From Saprolegnia diclina VS20 (Eukaryota), in the NCBI RefSeq assembly GCF_000281045.1, contig NW_008246126.1:96868-132291 (forward strand): a stretch of 35,424 nt of DNA, in the 5' to 3' direction. The translations under genes and the position numbers were made by a program. Below the pieces are notes generated by a model. That model was not told where the DNA came from. It did no database searches and saw only the letters and a list, made by a program, of their open reading frames with translations. Position 1 is the stretch's first letter, and each line of letters opens with the position of its first letter. This document shows positions 9,683 through 20,380 of the stretch, piece after piece.

Positions 9683-10375
9683 NNNNNNNNNNNNNNNNNN
9701 NNNNNNNNNNNNNNNNNNNNNNNNNNNNNNNNNNNNNNNNNNNNNNNNNNNNNNNNNNNNNNNNNNNNNNNNNNNNNNNNNNNNNNNNNNNNNNNNNNNN
9801 NNNNNNNNNNNNNNNNNNNNNNNNNNNNNNNNNNNNNNNNNNNNNNNNNNNNNNNNNNNNNNNNNNNNNNNNNNNNNNNNNNNNNNNNNNNNNNNNNNNN
9901 NNNNNNNNNNNNNNNNNNNNNNNNNNNNNNNNNNNNNNNNNNNNNNNNNNNNNNNNNNNNNNNNNNNNNNNNNNNNNNNNNNNNNNNNNNNNNNNNNNNN
10001 NNNNNNNNNNNNNNNNNNNNNNNNNNNNNNNNNNNNNNNNNNNNNNNNNNNNNNNNNNNNNNNNNNNNNNNNNNNNNNNNNNNNNNNNNNNNNNNNNNNN
10101 NNNNNNNNNNNNNNNNNNNNNNNNNNNNNNNNNNNNNNNNNNNNNNNNNNNNNNNNNNNNNNNNNNNNNNNNNNNNNNNNNNNNNNNNNNNNNNNNNNNN
10201 NNNNNNNNNNNNNNNNNNNNNNNNNNNNNNNNNNNNNNNNNNNNNNNNNNNNNNNNNNNNNNNNNNNNNNNNNNNNNNNNNNNNNNNNNNNNNNNNNNNN
10301 NNNNNNNNNNNNNNNNNNNNNNNNNNNNNNNNNNNNNNNNNNNNNNNNNNNNNNNNNNNNNNNNNNNNNNNNNNN

Positions 10376-11216
10376 GTCGCGTGCGACTGTCCAAGATAAG
10401 GGCCTCAATGTCCTGGCGCAGCACCGTCGTGGCTTCATGCACGGCCACTAGCGCCGGTGACGACTTGGTCTCGAGAGCGATCTCAGCATTGTTGAGCAGA
10501 ATCTCGACTTGGTCGAGGAGATGCGCGAGCGTGAGGTTCAGGTCGGCTGGATCAAAGAAATTGCGCGCGACTTTGGCGTGGAGCTCGCGCAGTTGAACCG
10601 CATAGGCCGCCCGCTCGACCTCCATCTCGGTCGTCATGCGGTCGATGTCCATGTGCGTGTGCTGCAGCTCGTCGTAGAGTAACATGAAGGTGGCCTTACC
10701 GCGGGCGGCAAGGGACGCAATTCCCGTGCTGTTGTCGGGGTACTTGCCGCGACTTAGCAGCCGCTGGCGCGCCATCGGTACGCCCGTCGCCTCTTCCACT
10801 CGCAGCTTGACGCAGGCCATGTCGGCGCTTTGGTCCATCGCGAACGACCAGCGCTCCTTGCCTCGCACAACGTCGACCTGAAGTTGGTTGTCGAGAAGGA
10901 CAATGGCGGGCGGTGCTGCTGCGGGTGCGATGGGCGCGGGCGCCTCTTCCGACGTTGGCGCAGTAGCTGGTGCGCGTGGCGCTGCACTAGACTGCCCAAG
11001 AAGCATGATCTTGGCCGTTGCTGGCAGCGTGCTGAGGTCCAGTGTCGCGCCTGTCTTGAGCTCCTTGCCTCGACAGAGCAGCTTCTGCGCCGGCGCCGGG
11101 ACCCCAAAGAGCGGCTCGATGCGCGCCTTGAGCTCGGCCACCGGCAGCGCTGCGTCATTGTCGATCGACAGCTGCGCCGACTGCTTCCCGTAGACAATCG
11201 TCACCTGCCGACCCAT
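10376..11216 (-). CDS. Protein with two ubiquitin-like domains and a C-terminal helical, BAG-like domain; 3' end in the gap
   Basis: LKARIEPLFGVPAPAQKLLCRGKELK and VKLRVEEATGVPMARQRLLSRGK are UBL signatures, followed by an acidic helical region as in BAG1-type co-chaperones. Likely start MGRQV at 11216. Confidence 0.7.
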
Positions 11217-11533
11217 CGAGCAAATGCGGCGAGCTTGCACTTGCCAGTAATAGTGTTCAAATTACACTAAATAAGGATCGAGAGATGGCTGTTGAGCGTT
11301 GTCTATGCCGAGGGAGCTCTTGGCGCGCAAGAGAGAGGTAGCAATGCTTCCATAGATATACCGTTGCCATAGTCCCTCATGCATGCGACGCGCGAGGCCG
11401 CTCTGTGATGCAAAAAGCACGCGACGTGTGGCACGCGTTTTACACTATATAACGTTGAACGGCGATCTTCATAGACCTTGAAATAGTGAATGAAATGACA
11501 GGTTTGTCGAGCATTTGGCAACTTGACAAGGCG

Positions 11534-14207
11534 ATGACGTGGACGGTGGGGTTGGCCGTTGCTGCGGCCATCACCGCGTCGTGCGCGGGTGACGACAGCC
11601 TGCGCTGGGGTACCTACCACTCGGGTCTCTACTTTGGCGTCCGATCGCGGACGCATCCGACGCACGTCAGCGCGGGACTCCTCTGGACATCGGCCAACGA
11701 GGACGTGAGCCAGCTCAAGCACGAGTGCTCGGAGCGCGATCGGCTCGAGTCCTATGGCTGGACCAAGCACAATGGGCGATCGTTCGGCCAGCAGACGATT
11801 CGCGACCGGCTCAACCGCATGGCCATCGAGACGACATTCCTCAAGCCGCCGGCGCACGACGGCAGCGTCGCAACCAAGTCGTGGGCCTCGCGCATCACGG
11901 TCGCGCCTCTCTACGCCGAGAAGGGCCTTCCGGAGCTCGCGTCGCTTTTCTTCTACCTCGACGTCGGTTGCGGCGACGACCAGATTGGCCACGCCTGCCG
12001 CGACGAGGTGCTCCAGCACCTGCAGTGGACCATCGACGAGCCGTCGCCGTGTGTCGAGCCCATGACGTCGAACGACGTCACGTGCCTTGAGCTCAGTGTC
12101 CGCGCCGAGCACGCAACCGATGCGACCTTGAACTTTGCGACGCGCGTCCAGGCGCATGTGACAGGCGACGTGCCGAGTTTGCACTTTTGGGGTGACGCCG
12201 GCGTCAACGTCGTGAACGTCAAGGACCGCCTCGTGCAGCTGGCGGCGCGGACACCTGGCGGCGATATGGCGATCGTCTTGCCCGACGACGTCGACGACGA
12301 GAGCTCGATCGTCGTGTTGCAGCTGCGCTACGATCCTCGCCGCACCTCGGACGTTGCGCTGCACATTGTCTACAACGAAGCGACCGACGACGACGATCTG
12401 TTGCAGTCGACGCCTATTGCTGTGTACAATGATGTCATTGACGACTACAGCGCACAGTTTGGACGCCATTTTGAAGCTACGTTTGGCCTCGCGGCGACTT
12501 CGGGCGATGCCAAGCAGATCGCGCTCGCCGAAGCGGCGTTCAGCAGCCTCATTGGTGGCATTGGCTACTTTTACGGCAGGTACACTAGACAATATTGTCT
12601 TTACTGTACAACATTGAACGACGTATGTTGTAGCATCTACCTCGAAGACCACGACCGCATTGATGAGACCGCGCCGCTTCCGCTCTACTCGGCGGTGCCG
12701 TCGCGCTCGTTCTTTCCCCGAGGCTTTCTCTGGGACGAAGGGTTCCACCAGCTCGGTATAGTTCACTTTGATCCTGTGATCAGCATGGACGTCCTCTCTC
12801 ACTGGCTGCATACGATGGACGACCGGGGCTACATGGCCCGCGAGCAGATTCGCGGTATGTGCGCGTACATGCGCGCGCTTCAAGCTCACGTAACGCGGTG
12901 TAGGGCACTTGGCGCAGAAGCGCGTGCCGTCCGAGTTTCTCGTGCAGCACGCAAGTCATGCCAACCCCCCGACGCTACTCCTCGCGATCGAAAAGCTCGC
13001 GCACCTCGAGCGCGCGCGGCCATGGCTGCTCGCGCATTGGCCCAAGCTCATCCAATGGTTCCAGTGGTTCCAGACGACACAATCGGGCGACGTCAACCAT
13101 ACGTTTCGATGGCGCGGCCGCCACAACGACGGTCGTCTCATGCCCAACACGCTCGCATCCGGCTTGGACGACTACCCGCGGGCGTCGTCGCCATCCGACG
13201 ACGAGCGCCACGTCGATTTGCTCGCATGGATGGCCAAGGTCGTCATTACGTCCTTGCCTTCGGTTGACTGACGATCGTGCGGTGGCATTAGGCGGCGTCG
13301 GTGTTGGCTACTGTAGCAACTGCCATCGGCCACGACGGCAGCACGTACACGGCGTTGCATGCAACGTACCTGGAGGCGCTTGATACCTACCACTGGTCAA
13401 ATGGCCTCTACCTCGACTATGGCCTGCACAGTGCGGACGGCCACTTTGAAGACCACATTGTGATTCGATGTGCGACGGTCGACGGCGCGTACGTTCTCGA
13501 TACAGTCGAGTGCGACATTATTTTGTGGGGTTAGGGGTATCGATGCAACGGCGTCGGCGCGGCAACTGCAACGGGGCGACGGCTCGGACGTGTGTCCGGC
13601 GTCGCATCCGCGGTTCCTGTATCCGCTCGGCGACGGCGCCGGTGGGTTGCTCAAGAAGCAGATTTTTGTGCCGAAAACTGTACGTCGAATGGTTGTCGTA
13701 TTGTAGAGAGTATGACAATATTGTCGTGTCTAGTTGCGCCTACAGTTTGTCGAGCACATTGGCTACGTGACGTTCTTTCCGGTGTTTCTCAAATTGCTGC
13801 CGCTCGACTCGCCCAAGCTGCGCCCGCTTCTTGCAAAGCTCGAGACGCACCTCTTGACGCCGCATGGGCTCCGGTCGCTCTCACCGTATGATGTGTACTA
13901 CGACCGCCCGAACGCGCCGGGCGACGCTCCGTACTGGCGCGGTGCCATCTGGATGAACCTCAACTACCTCGCGCTCGAGAGCTTTTCGTTCTATGCGGCC
14001 GAAGCAAGTGACGTGAGCACCCGGGCAGCGTTTGCAGACGTGTACGCCCGGCTTCGAACCGCGGTCGTGAGTACGATTCTGGCCGAGTACGAGCGCACGG
14101 GCTACTTTCACGAGCAGTACAACGACGTCTCGGGGAAGGGCCAGCGCTGCCACCCGTTCACGGGCTGGACCGCCCTCGTCACCAACATCCTCGCCGAGCG
14201 CTACTGA
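11534..14207 (+). CDS. MOGS: Mannosyl-oligosaccharide glucosidase (ER glucosidase I, GH63), multi-exon
   Basis: Motifs LRWGTYHSGLYFG, LYSAVPSRSFFPRGFLWDEGFH, ANPPTLLL, TLASGLDDYPR, YWRGAIWMNLNYL and EQYND..GKGQ..HPFTGWT. Introns at ~12580-12633, 12855-12903, 13239-13291, 13489-13534 and 13680-13745. Hydrophobic N-terminus. Confidence 0.93.
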
Positions 14208-14383
14208 TCGATACGACGCACATCGCGGGATTGAAAAAATACTCGCATCGACTATAACATGTATTGATTCAAATGGTCTTGCCTGATAGTACAATTGGGG
14301 AAGTGTAATTCTCCGTGGCCGCGGAGGTGCGGGAGAGTGTAGCTCCAGGCTACGCCGGGTCACGACTGAGCACACTGCGTGGC

Positions 14384-15325
14384 TCAGACTTGGTTCGCGA
14401 GGAAGTAGCGCAGCTTTAGGACTTTGGCGACGACGGCGGTTGTATCGACGGGCAAGGCCGCAATGCACTGGATGGCGAGGTCGAGGATGTGACTCGGGTA
14501 CGCCGACACGGCTTGCTTTGTCAAGAGCGGCTGCAACGTCTGGATCGCTGCCAAGAACGTCTCGTTTGTATCGTTTGCCTTCCCAGGAGATGCGCTCGAA
14601 TGATAATATGTATCAAAATGGACCAGCGTCGGGCGGAGGCCACTGGGGAACTCGGAGTCGCTAGGTTCAAACGACGCAGGCTGGTCCGACTCCTTGCTCA
14701 CCATCGAGCACGGAAGGTCGGGTGGTGTCGTCGTTAATGTCGTCAATGTCGTTGCGGGTTGATCAATGTCTCTCTTTGGACGTACATCCGAGCGCGGCAG
14801 CAGAGTTGGCACACCCAGCGGCAGCGTCGCCGGTGGAGCTTCGTTCAACTCTTGCTGCCCATCGGTACGTGGGTCGGTGCCAACCACATCAAATGACGTG
14901 TTTTGACGCGACCGACTTGCGCTCTCGAGCCCAATGCGGGGCGCCGCCGAGTGCATCGAGTGAGCATCGACTTCATATAGACAGGTGAGCATCGGGCACG
15001 ACGCCAGCGGCGGCTCATTCGACGTTTGCATCATGGGCGGCACCATGTCGAGCTGCACTTGGTTCGCGAGGAAGTAGCGCAGCTTTTGGTAGCGCAGCTT
15101 TTGGACTTCAGCGACGACGGCGCTCGTCTCGGCGGGCAAAACCACAATGCACTGGATGGCGACGTCGAGGGTGTGACTCGGGTACGCGTCCACGGCTTGC
15201 TTCGTCAAGAGTGGCTCCAACCGCTGGATCGCTGCCATCAACGCCTCGCCGGTATCGTTTTCCTTACAAGGAGCTGCACTTGAATGAAGCCACTGGAAGA
15301 GCAGTTTTTGCGGCGGTATCTCCAT
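14384..15325 (-). CDS. Protein with two helical repeat modules; inverted paralog of 6474-7279
   Basis: 313-aa ORF from ATG 15325 with modules at ~15250-15060 and ~14560-14390. The linker (LESASRSRQN.S.DVVGTD, PLGVPTLL.RSDVRPK) matches the 6611 ORF. Confidence 0.75.
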   Translation of the reverse strand: MEIPPQKLLFQWLHSSAAPCKENDTGEALMAAIQRLEPLLTKQAVDAYPSHTLDVAIQCIVVLPAETSAVVAEVQKLRYQKLRYFLANQVQLDMVPPMMQTSNEPPLASCPMLTCLYEVDAHSMHSAAPRIGLESASRSRQNTSFDVVGTDPRTDGQQELNEAPPATLPLGVPTLLPRSDVRPKRDIDQPATTLTTLTTTPPDLPCSMVSKESDQPASFEPSDSEFPSGLRPTLVHFDTYYHSSASPGKANDTNETFLAAIQTLQPLLTKQAVSAYPSHILDLAIQCIAALPVDTTAVVAKVLKLRYFLANQV

Positions 15326-15465
15326 CGTGCGGCAGGTTCGGAAGTGTGAGTTTCATAGCGTAGCTGAGAAACTTTCGGCAAAACGCCAGTTGATTGGGGT
15401 TGTAGAACAATTCCAGCTGAGTGCCATTGGTTGATATGCGTCCTGATGTGAGGTATTTTGCCTTA

Positions 15466-16412
15466 GGCGCTGGTCTCCGAACGTCCACTTCAACTCGAGT
15501 TGCCTCAATTTTCAAAAATGCAGGCGTCGAACCGTACGGATAAAATTTATCCGGTAGCCTCCGTGGTTGACCCAAATTTGCCTGGTTTGCGAACGCACAT
15601 TTGCGAGTCAACTCACTCGAGGACTGTGAATGACCGCACGCATCGTTTTGCGTCGGCGGTCGCGGCAGCCGTGGGCTGTGCTGGAGCTGCGCTTGCTGTG
15701 GCTCATGCCGTTGTGCGCGAGGACAAGTTCAACATTCTAACCATAAAGGAGGTCGAGTTCGATGACATGATTCCCGATCATCGCTACAACCAGTGGTTCA
15801 TCAACAACCTCCGCTGCTTCCAAGCCACGTTTCGCGCTCTTGTGTCCACGCTCCGCGTCTACATGAGCGACTACAAGTTCCGCAAGTCCACGCATTCCTT
15901 CGCCAAGAAGGTCGCCGTACTGCTGTACTTCCTCGCCAGCGAGGGCGGGTGCCGCGAGGCTTGGTGCTCTCGGTGTGTCCAAGTCGTGGTGTATCTACAT
16001 CGTGCGAGCATTTTCCGACGGCACGCTCATCGACATCGAGCGCCCTAAGGTCTACGACGGCTTCTTCAACCGCCATGGTGACCCACGTCTGGCGTCGTGA
16101 CCGCTGAGGTGGTGTAGGCGGCAGCGTTGCAGCAGGCGGCGGTAGCGTCATGGTGGCAGCCTTCTTGGTGGCAGCCTTCTTGGTCACCTTGCGCTGCACA
16201 GGCGCCTTGGGCGTGGTGTTCGACGCGCCTCGCGTTGCGCGCCCCGCTTTTGTGCGATAAAAACCAAAACTCGGAGTTGATGCAACGGAAGTCGATTCGG
16301 AATCAACTCCAATCCCCTCCAGTGATGCCACAAGCCGGATAAATTTTATCCGTATGATATTTTCAAAAATTGAGGCAACTCGAGTTGAAGTGGACGTTCG
16401 GAGACCAGCGCC
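15466..16412. mobile_element. Non-autonomous, internally deleted PIF/Harbinger-like DNA transposon (~947 bp)
   Basis: Perfect 47-bp TIRs (GGCGCTGGTCTCCGAACGTCCACTTCAACTCGAGTTGCCTCAATTTT at 15466-15512 and its reverse complement ending at 16412). A second 20-bp inverted pair at 15535-15554 and 16335-16354. TA on both flanks. The internal + strand fragment WFINNLRCFQATFRALV..SFAKKVAVLLYFLASEGGCRE resembles the N-terminal region of Harbinger (HARBI1-like) transposases. Confidence 0.85.
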
Positions 16413-16664
16413 TACTAGAAGGAGCACAAAGGGTGACTCGGTGGGTGGAATAAAGCAACTTGTATTGTGATAATTAGGCTTCGTTCGGTTCGCGGCAATT
16501 ATTTTTTAATCGTTCCTTCCCTTTGGTCAGAGCGTCGAGTCTCACATTGCAGGTGAGCGACAAGGGGCGGCCAACGTGGTCCGACGTGACGCGCTGTGAT
16601 TGGCTAAAATGCTGCGGCATTTCGATTGAGATTTCACTTTCCGAAAATCCCAGCAACAAGAATA

Positions 16665-17701
16665 ATGGCCGACGACGACCATGTAGGTGCCCCGCCGCGT
16701 GGATCGATGGATGGCTCATGGCGCCGACGTAGAGCCTTCTGGAGCCTTGGTACTACATCCGCGCGATGCCCGGCAAGAACATCCGGGCCATCATGGTCGA
16801 CGCGTTCCAGCTCTGGCTGGCGATTCCCGACGACAAGGTGGCCGCGATCAAAGATATTGTGGGCACGCTCCACGATGCGAGCTTGCTCATTGACGACATT
16901 GAAGACAACTCGGAGCTTCGGCGCGGGCAGCCGGTGGCCCATGCGATCTTTGGCGTGCCGTCGACGATCAACTGTGCCAACTTTGCCTTCTTCCTCGCGC
17001 TCGAGCGTTGCAACGGCCTGGGTAGCCCGCGTGCAATGGAGCTGTACATCCGCGAGATGATCAACCTCCACCGAGGCCAGGGCCAGGACATTCTGTGGCG
17101 CGACACGGCAACGTGCCCGACCGAAGACGCGTACAAGGCCATGGTCATCAACAGTACGAACCTCCATTTTGCAGCTACGAGCAACATGCACGACGTGCGT
17201 AGAGACGGGCGGTCTCTTTCGCCTCGCGGTCGGCCTCATGCAAGCGTTCAGCGACTGCGCATATGACTTTATCCCGCTCGTCAATCTTCTCGGCCTGTAC
17301 TTCCAGATCCGCGACGACTACATCAACCTCGTCGACACCGACTACATGGAGCACAAGAGCTACTGCGAAGACTTGACCGAAGGCAAGTTTTCGTTTCCGT
17401 TGATCTATGGGATCCACAAGGACCCGAGTGACCACCGGCTCTTGAGCATCCTCAAACAACGTACGACCAACCGCAGTGTGAAGGAGCACGCGGTCAAGTA
17501 CCTCGCCGAGACTGGTGCATTTGAGTACACCAAAGCTTACCTCGAATCAGTGTACGCGGAGATCCTCGGCGAGATTGCAGCTTTGGGTACGCCCGACTCG
17601 TATCACGATCTTACAGATCTTATGCTCATACGATAGGCGGCAACGCGATGCTGGTTGGCCTTGTGCAGAAGCTTCACGCGACACTGGCCACGGCCTCGTA
17701 G
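16665..17701 (+). CDS. GGPS1: Geranylgeranyl pyrophosphate synthase, 4 exons
   Basis: Motifs LLEPWYYI..PGKNIR, LHDASLLIDDIEDNSELRRG (first Asp-rich motif), LHRGQGQDI, NKTGGLFRL and FQIRDDYINL..EDLTEGKFSFP. Introns at 16683-16732, 17154-17202 and 17587-17636. Stop at 17699-17701. Confidence 0.93.
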
Positions 17702-17807
17702 CTGCAACGAGCGTCGTTGCACGTTGCTATCCCACATCCATATCGACGCGTTTCTTATTTACAAGTTGTTTTGCAAACGCAAGGGATACCGAGAGCCCTA
17801 CTACAAC

Positions 17808-19943
17808 CTACGACGGCGCGAGGCCAGAGAGTGCCCATTGCAGGCTCGCCGCTGCAACTTGATGCGCCACAGACCCGACGATGACCATGTTCTCCGGTCG
17901 CCATGGCGCCGCCGACGGATGGGACGACGTTTGGACGCCGAGAGCGAGGCGTGGGATCGTGCTTGGTGCGACAGGCGGTTGACGATATAAGCGGTACAGT
18001 GCCGTGTGGGCAGCGCTGAACGCAGCTTGGTGGGCCAGTGTCGGTGTAGCGTCCACGTCAGCCCGAGACAACGGAGGCCTTGATGACGCATCGGGTGTCA
18101 GCAGCTCATGGACCGAGGCTTCGAGGTGGTCGAGGTAGCTTTCGAGTCGGCTGTCGGTTGCCAAAGGTTCGATGCTCTCTGTTGTCGCACCATCCGGGCT
18201 CTCGCTTTCGCTTCCTGGTGGCAGACGACGGCTATGTACGAGATCGCGTCTCGACGAGGTCAAGGCTGTGACCCGGCGAGGCTGCCGTGTCTCGGTCAAT
18301 GGCGCGCAGATCACTTGTGTCGGAAGCGGCTTGGTCACACGGATGGCGTCGGTGGCTGCCAACGGGTTTGCAACGACGTGGCACGACGGTAGGCGCTGCA
18401 GTCGGAGCGACGGGGCGAGTGTCTCGTTTATGGCCACCGACGTGTCGGGACCTTCTTGTAGTTGGTCGCGTAAGAGCTGCTCGACACCGAGCGTGGCGCA
18501 GTCGGCGTCGTCCGGCGCAACGACGACCACGGAGAGGTTGGCGGTGGTCACGAGACGCTGGACCTTGTCCATGTCGACGCCGGCGTTGGCCAAAAGGAGT
18601 GTCGTGACCGGTGCCAATCGGTGGTTGAGAGCGTGGTACATGGCCCGACACTGCACGGCGTCGAGGAGGACGTGGACTATAACCTCTCATCAGTCCACAG
18701 CATGCATGACAATCTTGTGGACGCACTGCCATCCAGAGTGAGTGCGTTGGACCGTACGTCGAGGCTCGTGATGGACGGTTCGTGGATGAGTTGCCTACTC
18801 GTCGATATCGTGTAGACCGAAACCACAGATGGATATCCTACGTGGCCACGGCGTAGCACCCGGCGTCGGTCAATTGCGTTCCAGCCAAGTCGACCGAGAC
18901 GAGCATGCGCGGTACAAACGTCTGCAGCGCAAACGTGCTTGGGGTAGTCGGCACATCGAACCCGGGAATGCCTCCATTTCGCAGCGGCAGTCCGCGAAAA
19001 TTCATGTGAAAATGCGGCAGACGACTCGTGGCGCCTTCTACCCAATACAAAATAGTCACGTCCGTCCATCCATCCAAGCGGCTACCCTCGCACGGTGTCG
19101 GTGCGCGCTGGTCACTGAGCGGCACGGCCCACGTCTTGACGTCTGGTAGATGCGGCTGAAATTTCGCATAGTACCGGTCCAAGACCCGCTGGACTTGGCT
19201 CTCAACGTGGCGTTGTCCCCGGTCCTATATCAAGGCAATTACATCACGCCACAAGAGGAGCGTCTACGCACCGTAGCCGACTGTGGTCGTTTGCACTTGG
19301 CCGCCTTTGCAGGCGTCGGCGCTTTGGCCGACTGCGGCCGGTCGAGTTTGGCGAGTGCGGCGACCTTGCGCGACGATGTGCGCGGTAGCTCGGGCTTGGG
19401 TGGCGACATGTTGGCATACGCCTACCATTTCATAAGGATCTCTCCATCTCGTTTGCGGGTTGAGAATTGAGTCGACCATGAGCTCGGACAAGTCAAAGAC
19501 TGGTACGGTGGCTTGCGTCGACGTTGTCCGGTGCAGCGTCCGCAGCTTGGGCGCACTCTTGCTCGCTTTGATGCTCTCGGGTCGTTGCTACGTGTTGCAT
19601 ACCGTAAGTGCGGTAGTTTTGCCGAATAAATACCTTTTCAATCAACTCAAACGCTCGGAGGAGGTTGACTTTGTGGTCTTGGATCCGCTCGACCTTGGCT
19701 TGGGCCGAGAACGCCGCCGCGTAATTCTAGCAAAGTTCGTATCGACCGTTGTCTGCGTCGACGTCGTACGTTGACGACGGGCTTTTGCGGCGTCGTTCGG
19801 CGTCGGCGCACCGGAGCGTCGCCCGGCATGTTGGCCATCTGCACGTGCACCTTCTTCTCTACAAGGCACGAGCTATAAACATGGGCGATAGACGGGAAGA
19901 GGGACCTCGACACCGCGGCTCATCCCGCTCCCATGTCTCCATG
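17808..19943 (-). CDS. Hypothetical multi-exon protein
   Basis: A chain of minus-strand ORFs (17808-18656, 18838-19182, 19264-19491, 19647-19913) separated by short intron-sized gaps. No recognisable domain except a possible LRR-like DLAGTQLTDAGC. Exon structure and start are uncertain. Confidence 0.45.
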
Positions 19944-20380
19944 ATCGTTTCAACGCAGTTTCTTCCAGTGCAGTTGACCCTCCACACCATGCTTAACGCC
20001 CGTCACAGCGCCAAAGCTTGCGATACAAACTCGACTCGATGCGCTGGCGTCGTCGACGCGTGAGCTCTTGCGCCACTGGTGGCTACACAAGCGATCTTGA
20101 CATCAGTATCTCGTTGATATCCCCGTCTACGACACAGAGTCGGGCTCTGACATAGTCCCGGCCGTTCTCAAACAACGTGAACAAGACCGACTGTGACTTG
20201 TTGGCGACACGCCACGTATACGAATGCATTGCGCGAAAGCCTACGGCCATGACCTTGAGTCCGGCCGCGTTGTGGTGCAGTAGATACATATACTAGTATT
20301 TTGATCAAGCACTATGTGATTAGAGTGTTATTAAACCAAGCTGACACATGATTTGGGATGTCCACGTCTAAGGTGAGGTC

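Noticed and set aside
11303..12889. 528-aa minus-strand ORF
   Set aside because: Antisense shadow of the GC-rich MOGS coding sequence, with no recognisable motifs.
20083..20289. 68-aa minus-strand ORF
   Set aside because: Short, no motif, and lies just downstream of the DUF4419-like gene. It cannot be supported.
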